64,000 bases of DNA from NCBI GenBank assembly GCA_905182265.1, contig CAJJAO010000008.1, positions 5,742 to 69,741 of the forward strand, in the 5' to 3' direction. The stretch comes from a gamma proteobacterium HTCC2207 (lineage in GTDB: Bacteria; Pseudomonadota; Gammaproteobacteria; Pseudomonadales; Porticoccaceae). The stretch's first letter is position 1. Each line of letters starts with the position of its first letter. The notes beneath the pieces were generated by a model. It saw nothing but the letters and a program-made list of their open reading frames with translations. It made no database searches and was not told the DNA's origin. This document shows positions 49,194 through 60,278 of the stretch, one piece after another. A program made the position numbers and the translations under genes.

Positions 49194-52002
49194 TCTGGCC
49201 GCTAATATTGCTCACGCACCGCCCACAGACTTCAGGGTGATCAGCATTACTGCCAACATCATCAATAAAGTGCCAGCAGCGGACACATTTGTCAGCGCTA
49301 GATCGCTTTAAGGAAACCTTGAGGCCGTCCATTAGCGAGTCTTCAGAATCAGCCGCTTGAGAAAGTGGTAAAAGAGTCGCCTTCGACGTGATCGTCACAA
49401 ACCGCAACTCATCCCCCAGCTTAGCCAGAGATTTGGTTAAAGCCTCATCAGCAAACACTTCGATATCCGCTTCAAGGGAGCCTTTCACATTACCCTGACT
49501 GCGCTGACCTTCGATGACCTTATTAATGGCTTCTTTCGCCTGCAAAATAACCGCCCAATCCTGTTTGCTAATGGTCTCGTCATCACCCAAGCGCTGCAAC
49601 GGATACCATTGGGCAACAAACACTGAACTACTGCGGTCGCCGGGCATAAAGTCCCATATCTCGTGAGCGGTAAAGCTTAGAATCGGTGCTATCCAGCGCA
49701 CAAAGGCCTCGGCAATCTGGTGTAGCGCTGTCTGTGCAGAGCGGCGCGGCAAGCTATCTTCAGCGCAGGTATAGATTCGATCTTTAATAATATCCAGATA
49801 AAAACCACCCATATCACGCACGCAAAAATTATGTAATTTCTGGTAAATCAGGTGAAAGCGGAAGTTATTATAGTCGTCGATAATCTCTTCTTGCAGCTGC
49901 GCCGCACAGTCGATGGCCCAACGATCCAGGGCCAATAAATCACTGTGATCCACCCCATGAGTCTCTGGGTCAAAACCATCGATATTGGATAAAAAGTAGC
50001 GGGCAGTATTACGAATGCGACGGTAGGACTCACCGGCGCGCTTAAGAATTTCGTCCGACACGGTCATCTCAGCACTAAAGTCTGCGCTGGCAACCCATAG
50101 ACGCAATACATCGGCGCCCAGCTCATTGATCACCTTCTGGGGTGGAATCACATTGCCGATGGATTTAGACATCTTGCGGCCGTTCTCGTCCACGGTAAAT
50201 CCATGGGTCAGTACTGCTTTGTAGGGAGCAGTGCCATTAATGGCAATCGCTGTTTTAAGAGACGACTGGAACCAGCCTCGATGTTGGTCCGAGCCTTCGA
50301 GGTATAAATCGGCGGGGTACTGCAGCTCTTCACGAGCACCAATAACCGATGCATGAGTGACACCAGAGTCAAACCAAACATCCAAGGTGTCAGTCACTTT
50401 TTGATAGTTCTCTGCATCTGCACCCAGCAATTCAGCGGCGTCGACTTCGTACCAAGCATCGATACCAGCATCCTCGACCAGCAGAGCGACCTTTTCGATC
50501 AGCGCCGGGGTATCCGGATGAATCTCACCAGTCTGGCGGTGTACAAACAAGGCAATGGGTACGCCCCAGGTGCGCTGGCGAGAAACACACCAGTCTGGGC
50601 TGCCGTCCAACATACCTTCAATGCGCGCTTCGCCCCACTCTGGGTGCCAAGCAACGTTTTTAATGGCAGCTTTGGCTTTGTCTAAAAGGCCATTTTTGTC
50701 CATAGAGATAAACCACTGAGGTGTGGCTCTATAGATCAATGGGGTTTTGGTGCGCCAGCAATGGGCATAGCTATGGGTAATTTTACCGCAGGCCATGAGC
50801 CTATTATTCTCGCGAAGAACCTCAATAATATGCTCTTCGACCTTGTAGACATGCTCCCCCGCAAACAGCTCCACATCATCTCGAAACAGACCGTTGTCCA
50901 TGACATAGTTTAGGGTGCCGATACCGTACTGCTTGGCCACTGTAAAATCTTCTGCGCCGTGATCTGGCGCCGTATGCACACAGCCAGTACCAGCATCTGT
51001 GGTCACATGATCACCCAGTAACACGGGAATATCCCTTGAGTAAAACGGGTGTTGAGCAACTACATTTTCTAAAGCAGAGCCCTGGCAGCTAGCCAGAGCT
51101 TTGTAATCAGTAATCTCTAAACGCTCCATGACAGATTCAAGCAATGCCTGGGCACAGATCAAGCGGACAGGGCCAGCGCCTGTGGCGCACTGCACTAGGC
51201 TGTACTGCTCTTCGCCACCCACAGAGATGGCTTGACTGCTAGGCAAGGTCCAAGGGGTTGTAGTCCAGATCAATACATTGACTGAACCCTCTCCCGGCAA
51301 GCCGGCAAATGCCGCCTCTACTTTGGCTAGCTGCGTAGCCTCCATAATCGGATAGGCCACATCAATAGAGAATGAGGTTTTGTCTTGGTATTCCACTTCG
51401 GCTTCTGCTAGGGCAGAACCACCGACAACACTCCAGTAAACTGGCTTGTAGCCTTTGACCAAATGGCCGTTTTCAGCAATCTTACCCAGGGCGCGGATAA
51501 TGTCGGCTTCAACACCAAAGTTCATAGTCAAATAGGGGCGATCCCAGTCACCGAATACACCGATGCGAATAAAGTCTTTGCGCTGGCCTTCGACCTGCTT
51601 CATGGCATAGTCGCGGCACTTTTGGCGGAACGTCGAGTAATCAACCTTCACCCCAGCCTTGCCAATCTTCTTTTCAACATTGTGCTCGATAGGCAGACCA
51701 TGACAGTCCCAACCGGGAATATAGGGCGCATCAAAGCCGCTCAACGTCCGCGACTTAACCACAATGTCTTTTAATGTTTTGTTCACCGCATGGCCTAGGT
51801 GAATATCACCATTGGCATAGGGAGGGCCATCGTGAAGAATATATTTTTCGCAGCCGGCCCGAGCCTCTCTAATCTGCTGATACAGATTAGTTTCCTGCCA
51901 ATGTTTAAGAATCCCCGGCTCGCGCTGAGCCAAATTGGCCCGCATGGGAAAGTCAGTTTTGGGGAGGTTTAATGTTGCTTTGTAATCCATTGGTTCGCTC
52001 AT
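49171..52002 (-). CDS. ileS: Isoleucyl-tRNA synthetase (type 1)
   Basis: [19 protein letters not shown]-terminal CVRC..CGRC zinc site. Confidence 0.98.
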   Translation of the reverse strand: MSEPMDYKATLNLPKTDFPMRANLAQREPGILKHWQETNLYQQIREARAGCEKYILHDGPPYANGDIHLGHAVNKTLKDIVVKSRTLSGFDAPYIPGWDCHGLPIEHNVEKKIGKAGVKVDYSTFRQKCRDYAMKQVEGQRKDFIRIGVFGDWDRPYLTMNFGVEADIIRALGKIAENGHLVKGYKPVYWSVVGGSALAEAEVEYQDKTSFSIDVAYPIMEATQLAKVEAAFAGLPGEGSVNVLIWTTTPWTLPSSQAISVGGEEQYSLVQCATGAGPVRLICAQALLESVMERLEITDYKALASCQGSALENVVAQHPFYSRDIPVLLGDHVTTDAGTGCVHTAPDHGAEDFTVAKQYGIGTLNYVMDNGLFRDDVELFAGEHVYKVEEHIIEVLRENNRLMACGKITHSYAHCWRTKTPLIYRATPQWFISMDKNGLLDKAKAAIKNVAWHPEWGEARIEGMLDGSPDWCVSRQRTWGVPIALFVHRQTGEIHPDTPALIEKVALLVEDAGIDAWYEVDAAELLGADAENYQKVTDTLDVWFDSGVTHASVIGAREELQYPADLYLEGSDQHRGWFQSSLKTAIAINGTAPYKAVLTHGFTVDENGRKMSKSIGNVIPPQKVINELGADVLRLWVASADFSAEMTVSDEILKRAGESYRRIRNTARYFLSNIDGFDPETHGVDHSDLLALDRWAIDCAAQLQEEIIDDYNNFRFHLIYQKLHNFCVRDMGGFYLDIIKDRIYTCAEDSLPRRSAQTALHQIAEAFVRWIAPILSFTAHEIWDFMPGDRSSSVFVAQWYPLQRLGDDETISKQDWAVILQAKEAINKVIEGQRSQGNVKGSLEADIEVFADEALTKSLAKLGDELRFVTITSKATLLPLSQAADSEDSLMDGLKVSLKRSSADKCVRCWHFIDDVGSNADHPEVCGRCVSNISGQNEARHYA

Positions 52003-52009
52003 ATCAGCC

Positions 52010-52954
52010 TTAACTTATGCTCTCTTTGGCGCCTGCAAACCAGGCTCTAATCTGTTTAACATCACGCTGGATACTCACAACTAACTTATCCAACGTCGTA
52101 AATTTTTCTTCATCGCGAATCTTGGTGACAAACTCCACCTCGATTCGTTTACCGTATAGGTCGGCGTTAAAGTCCAGCAGGTGCACTTCCAGTATCGGCT
52201 TAAGCAAATCGCCTACCGTCGGCCTAATGCCCACATTCGCCGCACCCTGATAAATAACGCCGTCAATGTTTACTAACACTCCATACACGCCTGACAGCGG
52301 TGCACTGTAACGATTGAGCTGCACATTGGCCGTTGGGAACCCTAGTTCTCGCCCCAACTGCTGACCATAAACGACTCGCCCTTTAACCGAAAAAGGCCGG
52401 CCCAGTAACTGGCTAGCCCGACCAAAATCTGCTTGCTGTAATCTCTGCCTCACCAACGTGCTACTCACACGTTCGCCATCAATCTCTAATGTTGCTGTAT
52501 CTTGCACAGTAAAATCACAGCTTTTGCCCATCTCGGCGAGCATGGCAAAGTCACCCTTGCGGTCACAGCCAAACCGAAAGTCGTCGCCGACAATTAGGTG
52601 CGCTGTGCCGAGCCCTTCGACCAATACCCGCTGCACAAATTCACTGGCAGTCAGGTGGCTCAAAGCGCGATTAAATTGCAGACAAACCACTTGGTCTAGG
52701 CCAAACTCAAAGAGAGCCTCGACCTTTTCACGCAGACGCATCAGTCTGGCTGGCGCCTTTTCCCCAGAAAAAAACTCCTGAGGCTGAGGCTCAAACGTCA
52801 TGACCACCGACGGTAATCCAAGCTGTGCTGCCTTGTCTTTAACCTGGGTGAGAATAGCCTGATGACCCAGGTGCACACCATCGAATGAACCAATGGTAAC
52901 TACCGAGCGCTGATCGAACGACTGCAAGCTCTGCAAGTCGCGAATAAAGGTCAT
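52010..52954 (-). CDS. ribF: Bifunctional riboflavin kinase/FAD synthetase
   Basis: [36 protein letters not shown]; start ATG 52954. Confidence 0.96.
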   Translation of the reverse strand: MTFIRDLQSLQSFDQRSVVTIGSFDGVHLGHQAILTQVKDKAAQLGLPSVVMTFEPQPQEFFSGEKAPARLMRLREKVEALFEFGLDQVVCLQFNRALSHLTASEFVQRVLVEGLGTAHLIVGDDFRFGCDRKGDFAMLAEMGKSCDFTVQDTATLEIDGERVSSTLVRQRLQQADFGRASQLLGRPFSVKGRVVYGQQLGRELGFPTANVQLNRYSAPLSGVYGVLVNIDGVIYQGAANVGIRPTVGDLLKPILEVHLLDFNADLYGKRIEVEFVTKIRDEEKFTTLDKLVVSIQRDVKQIRAWFAGAKESIS

Positions 52955-53080
52955 TTTGCTAGGTTCTACTGACAAGGTTATTGCTCTCCGCACAAGGGCT
53001 TGATTATACCTAGCAAAGCGCCGAAAGGTAAGGCATAGCAGCAGATTCATACGGACAAATTAGCACTGTTTTACTCAGCC

Positions 53081-54721
53081 CTAATTCGAGTGATCCACTG
53101 AGGTCGCTTTTGCTGGCCCACGTAAATCTGCCAGCCTAAAACCAGTGGCAAACATACAGACAGCGTAGGCGATAAACCCTGCTGTACACAGCGCAACAAT
53201 ATTGCCACTACGCTGCCACCAGGCCAGCTGCTGCCATAACGCAGAATCCAACGCCCCTATCTGATTAGCCACCAGCACTAACACCACAATCATTAGGCCA
53301 ACCGAAAGAGCTAGACCGACAAAGAAACTCAGCCAGTTGCCTGCCGGGGAGTAAATTCCCTTTTTACGCAGATAGATAAACAGCAGTACTGCATTCAAGA
53401 ACGCCGACACAGACGTGGCTGCCGCCAGACCCACATGGCCAATCTGCCAGTAATAATGCAATGGCATCACAAACAGCAGATTCAGAACCATATTAGATAC
53501 CATGGCAATCACACCAATACGCACAGGCGTGCGCATGTCCTGACGAGCAAAAAAGCCTGGGGCTAGGACCTTTATCAGCATAAAGGCCACCAAACCGAAC
53601 GCATAGGCTCGCAGGCTCAGGGTCACCATGGTCATATCGCGAGCGGTCATGACGTCGCCGTAATAAAACAATGTCACCAGAATTGGCTCGGCCAACAAAA
53701 TTAGCGCCGCTGCCGCTGGCACAGCAATAATGAGTACCATTTTGAGCGCCCAATCCAATGTCTCCGAATAGGCCCGCCCAGAATCTGCCGCATGATGCCG
53801 AGATAAATTGGGCAGTATCACCGTCGCTATCGCCACCGCAAACACCCCTAGGGGCAACTCTGCCAATCGATCTGAGTAATACAGCCAAGACACACTACCG
53901 GTCGGTAGAAAGGTTGCCAGCATGGTATCTAGCAGCAAGTTGATCTGACTCACTGACACGCCAAAGATGGCCGGCCCCATTAGCGCTAATATCTTGCGCA
54001 CCCCTGAATCTCGCCAATCGATAATTGGTGTGGGCAACATATGGATACGATGGAGAAATGGCAGCTGAAACATAAACTGAACCACACCTGCAATTAAGAC
54101 GCCCCAAGCCAATGCATAGGCGGGCTCGTCAAACAGGGGTGCAGCTATTAATGCCGCTGCGATTAAGGTGACGTTCAGCAGCAGCGGTGTAAATGCAGGC
54201 ACGGCGAAACGGTCATAGCTATTGAGAATACCTCCGGCCACACCTGTCATGGAGATAAACAGCAGATAGGGAAAGGTGATGCGCAGCATATCGGCGGTGG
54301 CGGCAAATTTGGTGGGGTCGTCAAAGAACCATTTGGGTGCAAAAATCGCGGCCATCACGGGGGATGCCAGCACTATGATGGCGGTGAGCCCTAGCAGGCT
54401 GATACCCAATGTGCCCATCACTCGAGCAACAAGTGCTTTTACGGCTGCCTGACTGCCCTTTTCACGATATTCACCCAAAATCGGCACAAAGGCTTGAGCA
54501 AATGCGCCCTCGGCAAATAATCGACGGAAAAAATTAGGAATTTTGAATGCAACAAAGAACACGTCGGCCAGTGCTTCTGCACCAATAACTCGAGCAAATA
54601 CTACATCTCGCGCTAAACCCATAAACCGCGACATCATGGTAAAGAAGCTTACGACGCCACTGGAACGCAGCAATCCGCTGTCTTTTGCCTGATGGTCTTG
54701 TGGCGCTGAATCTTGGGTCAA
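53081..54721 (-). CDS. murJ: Lipid II flippase
   Basis: SRFMGLARD, AFKIPNFFRRLFAEGAF, RLAELPLGVF. Confidence 0.96.
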   Translation of the reverse strand: MTQDSAPQDHQAKDSGLLRSSGVVSFFTMMSRFMGLARDVVFARVIGAEALADVFFVAFKIPNFFRRLFAEGAFAQAFVPILGEYREKGSQAAVKALVARVMGTLGISLLGLTAIIVLASPVMAAIFAPKWFFDDPTKFAATADMLRITFPYLLFISMTGVAGGILNSYDRFAVPAFTPLLLNVTLIAAALIAAPLFDEPAYALAWGVLIAGVVQFMFQLPFLHRIHMLPTPIIDWRDSGVRKILALMGPAIFGVSVSQINLLLDTMLATFLPTGSVSWLYYSDRLAELPLGVFAVAIATVILPNLSRHHAADSGRAYSETLDWALKMVLIIAVPAAAALILLAEPILVTLFYYGDVMTARDMTMVTLSLRAYAFGLVAFMLIKVLAPGFFARQDMRTPVRIGVIAMVSNMVLNLLFVMPLHYYWQIGHVGLAAATSVSAFLNAVLLFIYLRKKGIYSPAGNWLSFFVGLALSVGLMIVVLVLVANQIGALDSALWQQLAWWQRSGNIVALCTAGFIAYAVCMFATGFRLADLRGPAKATSVDHSN

Positions 54722-54890
54722 AATACGGCCTTGCTATAGGTTGCGAGGCTGCCAGTTTAACCATCGGTGGCTACTTGGCCAAGTTAATCCGAGAATCCCT
54801 TGGCCACTTGCTCTACAGAGGGTAATTAGGGGTTTATCAAAACTGCTGCAATCCCTATAATAGTGTCCATAAATTAGGTCAAAGATTGAG

Positions 54891-54919
54891 TTGAATGTAT
54901 GGGAATAACCCTGTATATT
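54891..54919 (+). promoter_or_regulatory. sigma70 promoter of rpsT
   Basis: TTGAAT-N17-TATATT about 40 nt before the GTG start. Confidence 0.65.
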
Positions 54920-54960
54920 TCCGCGCCTTCAGTGTGACCCTTTGAAAGGAGAAATTTCAG

Positions 54961-55227
54961 GTGGCAAATTCAGTACAAGCAAAGAAACGCGCACGCCAAA
55001 ACGAGAAACGCCGCCAGCATAATGCCAGCCTGCGCTCTATGGTCCGCACCTACTTAAAGAAAGTCGACGCAGCACTCGAGACTGGCGATCATGCCTCTTC
55101 TCAAGCCGCATATGATGCTGCTGTTCCAGTTATCGATCGCATGGCGGATAAGGGCATCATTCATAAGAATAAAGCTGCTCGTCATAAGAGTCGTTTGAAC
55201 ATTAAAGTTAAGGCCCTCGCTGCTTAA
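54961..55227 (+). CDS. rpsT: 30S ribosomal protein S20
   Basis: [27 protein letters not shown]. Confidence 0.98.
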   Translation: MANSVQAKKRARQNEKRRQHNASLRSMVRTYLKKVDAALETGDHASSQAAYDAAVPVIDRMADKGIIHKNKAARHKSRLNIKVKALAA

Positions 55228-55257
55228 TTTGCTACTAAGCTAGCAGCTTGGATCTAG

Positions 55258-55283
55258 AAAAACCGGCGATAGCCGGTTTTTTT
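55258..55283 (+). terminator. Rho-independent terminator of rpsT
   Basis: AAAAACCGGC-gata-GCCGGTTTTTTT. Confidence 0.9.
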
Positions 55284-55493
55284 GTGCCTGATGCAAAATG
55301 CTGGCTAGTCTGAACTACTCCCTTGCTACGCCCTTAACCTAGCGCTCTGCTCTACAATTGTCCCACGCAATCCGCGGATTCACGTCTTTACTTCCCAAGG
55401 CCATTTCAACGCCCTACTGTCATCTCGCATCCAAAGCACTTTGCGAGGCATGGCGCCCGCAGTGAGATATATTTTGGTTCGGAGCGCTGGCCC

Positions 55494-55605
55494 GGCTTAC
55501 CTCCCCCTGTCCCCTTTCAAAACACGACGTGAATACATCCCTGTAGTCTCGGAGCCAGCATCCATGCTGGCTACGGTTTTGACAGGGGACAGGGGGAGGC
55601 AAGCC
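55494..55605. repeat. Long inverted-repeat element A (112 bp, 30-bp arms, internal hairpin); MITE/REPIN/ncRNA-like
   Basis: ggcttacctccccctgtcccctttcaaaac ... gttttgacaggggacagggggaggcaagcc (2 mismatches); internal agccagcat-cc-atgctggct. Confidence 0.75.
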
Positions 55606-55675
55606 TAGATATAGGAGCTAAGTTCTAGAAGTGTGTTTTTTCGCTTTTTTTATTAGATGTACTGCGAGAGTCCAG

Positions 55676-55833
55676 ATAGACCCTGGGGAAGCCCTGGCGA
55701 TCAGTCAGGGCCCGTTTATGGGTGTGATCATTTTCAGCTTAAGAGAGCTCACTGTCTGAGCGAAGCGAGTTGAGCGAACGCTGAAAAGGGCTGCACCCAT
55801 GGGACCGATCGCCAGTGCTTCCCCAGGGTCTAT
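55676..55833. repeat. Long inverted-repeat element B (158 bp, 27-bp arms, nested stems); MITE/ncRNA-like
   Basis: atagaccctggggaagccctggcgatc ... gatcgccagtgcttccccagggtctat (1 mismatch); nested atgggtg/cacccat, ttttcagc/gctgaaaa, gctca/tgagc. Confidence 0.78.
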
Positions 55834-55912
55834 TACCCACCCCGCACCATTCCAACAAGATCCTTCGTAGCTATGCTCTATCAGAATAATAAACAGATAA
55901 AGAGTCAGTAAA

Positions 55913-57310
55913 TTAGACCGTAATATGCCCAGCAATAAACGCCTGAACAGCAGCCTGATCATTATCCAACACAGTAAACCGCTCCTCGCGCTCAAACAAA
56001 TCAGCCATATGCGCCGGCAACTCAGGGTCATTAGGATAACCCGCCTTTTTAACCGCATCAGGAAACTTAGCAGGATGAGCCGTAGCCAAAGTGACCATAG
56101 GAGTCTCAGGGTTAGACCGGCATTGACGTGCCGCCTCAAGACCAATGGCAGTATGCGGGTCGAGCAAATAGTTACTATCAGCATAGGTATCGCGAATAAT
56201 CTTAACCATGCCCTCATCATCGCAACGATAGCTCGAAAAAAGCTCTCTAGCTTTGGTCAGAGCACTGTCACTCAGATCCATATGACCTGCCTTAGCATCG
56301 GCCATTAAGCCTGCAATAGCAGCGCCATCACGATCATAAAGGTCAAACAGCAGCCGCTCAAAATTGCTCGAGATCATGATATCCATGCTCGGTGCCAGGC
56401 TTTGTTCTAAGGGCTGGGTACTGTGATCATTGTTGCTGATACAGCGATGCAAAATATCATTTTGGTTGGTGGCAATCACTAGCTGCTCAATGGGTAGACC
56501 CATTTTGCTCGCTAAATAGCCGGCAAATATATCGCCAAAATTACCGGTTGGAACCGAAAAAGAAACCTTGCGAGAGGGACCGCCCAGAGACAGGGACGCC
56601 CAAAAATAGTAGACGATCTGAGCCATAATGCGCGCCCAGTTAATGGAGTTAACGGCAACCAACTGTCGACCGTCGGGCAAAAATGACTGGTCGGCAAAGC
56701 TGGCTTTAACCATGTTTTGGCAATCATCAAAGTTGCCGTGTAAGGCCAAATTATGAATATTGTCTGCCATAACTGTGGTCATCTGGCGGCGCTGCACTTC
56801 TGAGACGCGGTTGTGTGGGTGCAGTATAAAAATATCGATATTTTTGCAACGGCGACAACCTTCGATGGCTGCAGAGCCTGTATCACCTGAGGTTGCCCCC
56901 ATGATCACGACTTTTTGATTGCGCTTTTCTAACGTGTAATCGAGCAGATTGCCTAAAAACTGCAGGGCAAAATCTTTAAACGCTAGGGTGGGGCCATGGA
57001 ACAGTTCCATGATCCACTCGTTACGGCCGGTTTGAATCAGGGGAGCAATGCCCTTGTGGCGAAACGTAGAATAGGAATCGTCAATAAGTTTTTTGAGGTC
57101 CTGCTGAGGAATCGCTCCATCAACAAACGGCGTCATAATCTTGAGGGCCAAATCTTCATAGGACAGACCGGCCCAAGAGGCTATTTCTTGCTGACTAAAC
57201 TGAGGAAGCTGCTCTGGCACAAACAGGCCACCATCTGGGGCTAGGCCCGTGAGAATGACTTCTTCAAAGGTTTTCGGCTCTCCGCCACCGCGGGTACTGA
57301 CAAATCTCAT
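55913..57310 (-). CDS. thrC: Threonine synthase
   Basis: GLAPDGGLFVP, ELFHGPTLAFKD, ATSGDTG, NSINWARI, VPTGNFG, TAHPAKF. Confidence 0.97.
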   Translation of the reverse strand: MRFVSTRGGGEPKTFEEVILTGLAPDGGLFVPEQLPQFSQQEIASWAGLSYEDLALKIMTPFVDGAIPQQDLKKLIDDSYSTFRHKGIAPLIQTGRNEWIMELFHGPTLAFKDFALQFLGNLLDYTLEKRNQKVVIMGATSGDTGSAAIEGCRRCKNIDIFILHPHNRVSEVQRRQMTTVMADNIHNLALHGNFDDCQNMVKASFADQSFLPDGRQLVAVNSINWARIMAQIVYYFWASLSLGGPSRKVSFSVPTGNFGDIFAGYLASKMGLPIEQLVIATNQNDILHRCISNNDHSTQPLEQSLAPSMDIMISSNFERLLFDLYDRDGAAIAGLMADAKAGHMDLSDSALTKARELFSSYRCDDEGMVKIIRDTYADSNYLLDPHTAIGLEAARQCRSNPETPMVTLATAHPAKFPDAVKKAGYPNDPELPAHMADLFEREERFTVLDNDQAAVQAFIAGHITV

Positions 57311-58618
57311 TTACTGATCCAAGTGTTCGACGCGGATAAAGCTAACATTGCCGCGTACTGTTTCAAGATGTTCTATATGCTCAACCGCGGCATCAAGGAG
57401 TTTCTCCTTGGTGACATTGGTTAGGATAATGACATTCACGTAATCCTCACCTGCTGGCTGTTCACGCTGAATAATGGCCTCGATACTAATACCGGCATCG
57501 GCCATTATTTTAGTGATATCGGACAATACTCCTGGCTGATCCAACGCTGAGAAGCGAATATAAAAGCTAGTTTCGATATCCTCTATCTTCATGATTTGCT
57601 TTGACTGCAGTGCCGCTGTATTGCATCCCAACGCGGGGACCCAGCTATCGGGGCTGGCTGCCATGGCGCGTGCTACATCAACAATATCGGCAATCACTGA
57701 AGAGGCCGTGGGCTCTGAACCTGCGCCTGGGCCGTAAAATAACGTGGTGCCCACTGCGTCGGCATTGACCATCACCGCATTGGAAACATCGTTAACACCT
57801 GCAATCAAGCAGCTCTGGGGCACTAATGTTGGGTGTACTCGCAACTCGACACCGGTATCCGTTTGTCTGGCGATACCCAAATGTTTGATGGCGTAACCCA
57901 GCTCGCGAGCGTAGGACACATCTTGGGGCTCAAGTTTAGTAATGCCATAGGTAAAAACGCCATCGAGGCTAAGAGGCATGCCAAAGGCCAAAGACGCCAT
58001 GATCACTAGTTTGTGAGCAGCATCAATGCCTTCTACATCAAATGTGGGGTCGGCTTCGGCATAGCCTTTCTCCTGAGCTTCGGTCAGCACGTCGGCAAAA
58101 TCACGACCCTTGCTGTCCATCTCTGAGAGGATAAAGTTGGTAGTGCCGTTGATAATACCGGCCAACCAGCTAATGCGGTTGCCTGATAGGCCTTCACGAA
58201 GTGCCTTGATAATAGGGATACCGCCGGCTACTGCGGCTTCATAGGCAACAATAAGCCCTCGAGCTTCAGCGGCGGCAAAAATCTCCATGCCGTGTTGGGC
58301 TATCAAGGCCTTATTGGCCGTAACCACATGCTTGCCGTTTTCTAGGGCGGTCATGACTAGCTGATAAGCGACATCTGTGCCACCGATTAGCTCGACAACA
58401 ATATCGATGTCGGGGTTTTTAGCCACATCGAAGATATCTCGCGTAACGCTGGTGCCAGCGATATCACAATTAGGATTATCGCGGCGCGCGCCCACTTGGG
58501 AAATCACAATATCGCAATTTGCCCGTGAATTTATCTGATTTGAATTGCGGCCTATAACGTTATAGACGCCGGCACCGACTGTGCCTAAACCGCAGATGCC
58601 GATATTTACCGATCGCAC
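57311..58618 (-). CDS. hom: Homoserine dehydrogenase with C-terminal ACT domain
   Basis: GLGTVG, VVTANKA, YEAAVAGGIP, NGTTNFIL, EADPTFDVEG. Confidence 0.97.
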   Translation of the reverse strand: MRSVNIGICGLGTVGAGVYNVIGRNSNQINSRANCDIVISQVGARRDNPNCDIAGTSVTRDIFDVAKNPDIDIVVELIGGTDVAYQLVMTALENGKHVVTANKALIAQHGMEIFAAAEARGLIVAYEAAVAGGIPIIKALREGLSGNRISWLAGIINGTTNFILSEMDSKGRDFADVLTEAQEKGYAEADPTFDVEGIDAAHKLVIMASLAFGMPLSLDGVFTYGITKLEPQDVSYARELGYAIKHLGIARQTDTGVELRVHPTLVPQSCLIAGVNDVSNAVMVNADAVGTTLFYGPGAGSEPTASSVIADIVDVARAMAASPDSWVPALGCNTAALQSKQIMKIEDIETSFYIRFSALDQPGVLSDITKIMADAGISIEAIIQREQPAGEDYVNVIILTNVTKEKLLDAAVEHIEHLETVRGNVSFIRVEHLDQ

Positions 58619-58687
58619 CTTATTTTCCTCAAGCTATTTATAGTGAAAGCCAGCACCCTCGGGCACTGACCTATGTAGAAAGGTAAC

Positions 58688-58738
58688 AGTGTATTGTCTT
58701 ACAAGACCCTGTCAACGCTGTAATTTTATACTATTACA
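58688..58738 (-). promoter_or_regulatory. Putative sigma70 promoter of hom-thrC with an upstream palindrome
   Basis: TTGACA-N16-TACACT on the minus strand; TGTAAT-N8-ATTACA at 58719-58738. Confidence 0.5.
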
Positions 58739-58768
58739 GAAAATATTTAGGGTTATTTTTAGCCTGAC

Positions 58769-59566
58769 TTAGTTGTTAGCAGCAACTGAAAGGCCCAGCA
58801 TTTTGGCAAAGTCCTCAGCAGACTGATATCCAGGAATTAAAGTGCCATCCATTAGAATCACCGCAGGAGTGCCAGTCACACCAAGTTGGCGGCCCAACGC
58901 AAAGTGCTCAGCAACCGGATTGTCTGCACAGACTGCAGTGGCTATGTTTTCTCCGTTCTTGGTTCTGGTCAATACATCATTTTGGTCCTTGGCACACCAA
59001 GCTGTCGCAATCTTATCGTAAGACTCTGAGGGAATACCGGCTCTTGGGTATGCCAGATATCGCACCTCGATACCCATGGCGTTAAGCTGCGGGATTTCTT
59101 GGTGCAGCTTGCGGCAATAGCCACAGTCAACATCGGTAAACACGTTCATGATCGCCTTAGTTGGCCCTTTGGGCTTAAAAATAATCATGTCGCTTGTGCC
59201 TCGAGAGGCAAACAGGTCGCGTCGCTCTTCGCTTAAACGCACATCACGGATATTCACAAATTGCCCAGGCCGCACCTGGTAAAGGCTGCCGTCAAAGAAA
59301 TGGCTGCCGTCAGCAGACACATAGAGCATGGGGCCACCGACAACCTGCACTTCGTAAAACCCGGCAAGAGGAGCCTCACCAACGACCTGATAATCCATAT
59401 CAGATCGCGCAGATTTTAGCTGTTTGGTAATCAGGTCATTCACCGCGGTTGGCACTTCGGCAAACGCCTGAGAGGAAAGAGAGCCAAGTGTGGTTAATGT
59501 AGCCAATAGAACTAGGGCCATTAGTTTTTGCGCAAACGTGCTTCTAAATAGGTTGGTTAATAACAA
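58769..59566 (-). CDS. dsbC: Disulfide isomerase DsbC
   Basis: Signal peptide, VFTDVDCGYCRKLH, YLAYPRAG, GVTGTP. Confidence 0.93.
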   Translation of the reverse strand: MLLTNLFRSTFAQKLMALVLLATLTTLGSLSSQAFAEVPTAVNDLITKQLKSARSDMDYQVVGEAPLAGFYEVQVVGGPMLYVSADGSHFFDGSLYQVRPGQFVNIRDVRLSEERRDLFASRGTSDMIIFKPKGPTKAIMNVFTDVDCGYCRKLHQEIPQLNAMGIEVRYLAYPRAGIPSESYDKIATAWCAKDQNDVLTRTKNGENIATAVCADNPVAEHFALGRQLGVTGTPAVILMDGTLIPGYQSAEDFAKMLGLSVAANN

Positions 59567-59739
59567 GATAGAGTCCTGATAAAAGAATGGTTACAGAGTT
59601 GGAGTCTTTCTACCCGCAGGGGTTCCAATCTAGCCCTTATGCTAGCGGCAGATATAAAGTACATACAAGACATTGGCACATGGCGCAAAGCATGCCGGGC
59701 CTCACAACGACCCAGCTTAAATGCCATTAATTGCGCTTG

Positions 59740-60099
<360 letters not shown>

Positions 60100-60195
60100 T
60101 CATGTTTTGAAAAGTATGACCGAAAAGGCCGTCTATTTCTATCTGAAATTACATCTACAAGCCCATAACCATTAGACACAGGAACGATCTGGCAT

Positions 60196-60227
60196 AAAAA
60201 AGCCGAGGCATTTGCCTCGGCTTTTTT
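60196..60227. terminator. Bidirectional Rho-independent terminator after amtB
   Basis: AAAAAAGCCGAGGCA-tt-TGCCTCGGCTTTTTT. Confidence 0.9.
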
Positions 60228-60278
60228 ATTGAACAGAGCCTATTAATTAACGATCAGCTCTATATAGTTTCACAGGTA

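Noticed and set aside
55420-55602. 60-aa ORF across element A
   Set aside because: Derived from the inverted-repeat sequence; no RBS or domain support
55705-56220. 171-aa minus-strand ORF overlapping the thrC 3' end and element B
   Set aside because: Alternative frame of thrC running into repeat DNA; no recognisable domain
59690-59712. TTGGCAC motif near the second PII gene as a sigma54 promoter
   Set aside because: No GC at the -12 position with correct spacing, and it is on the wrong strand and side to drive that gene
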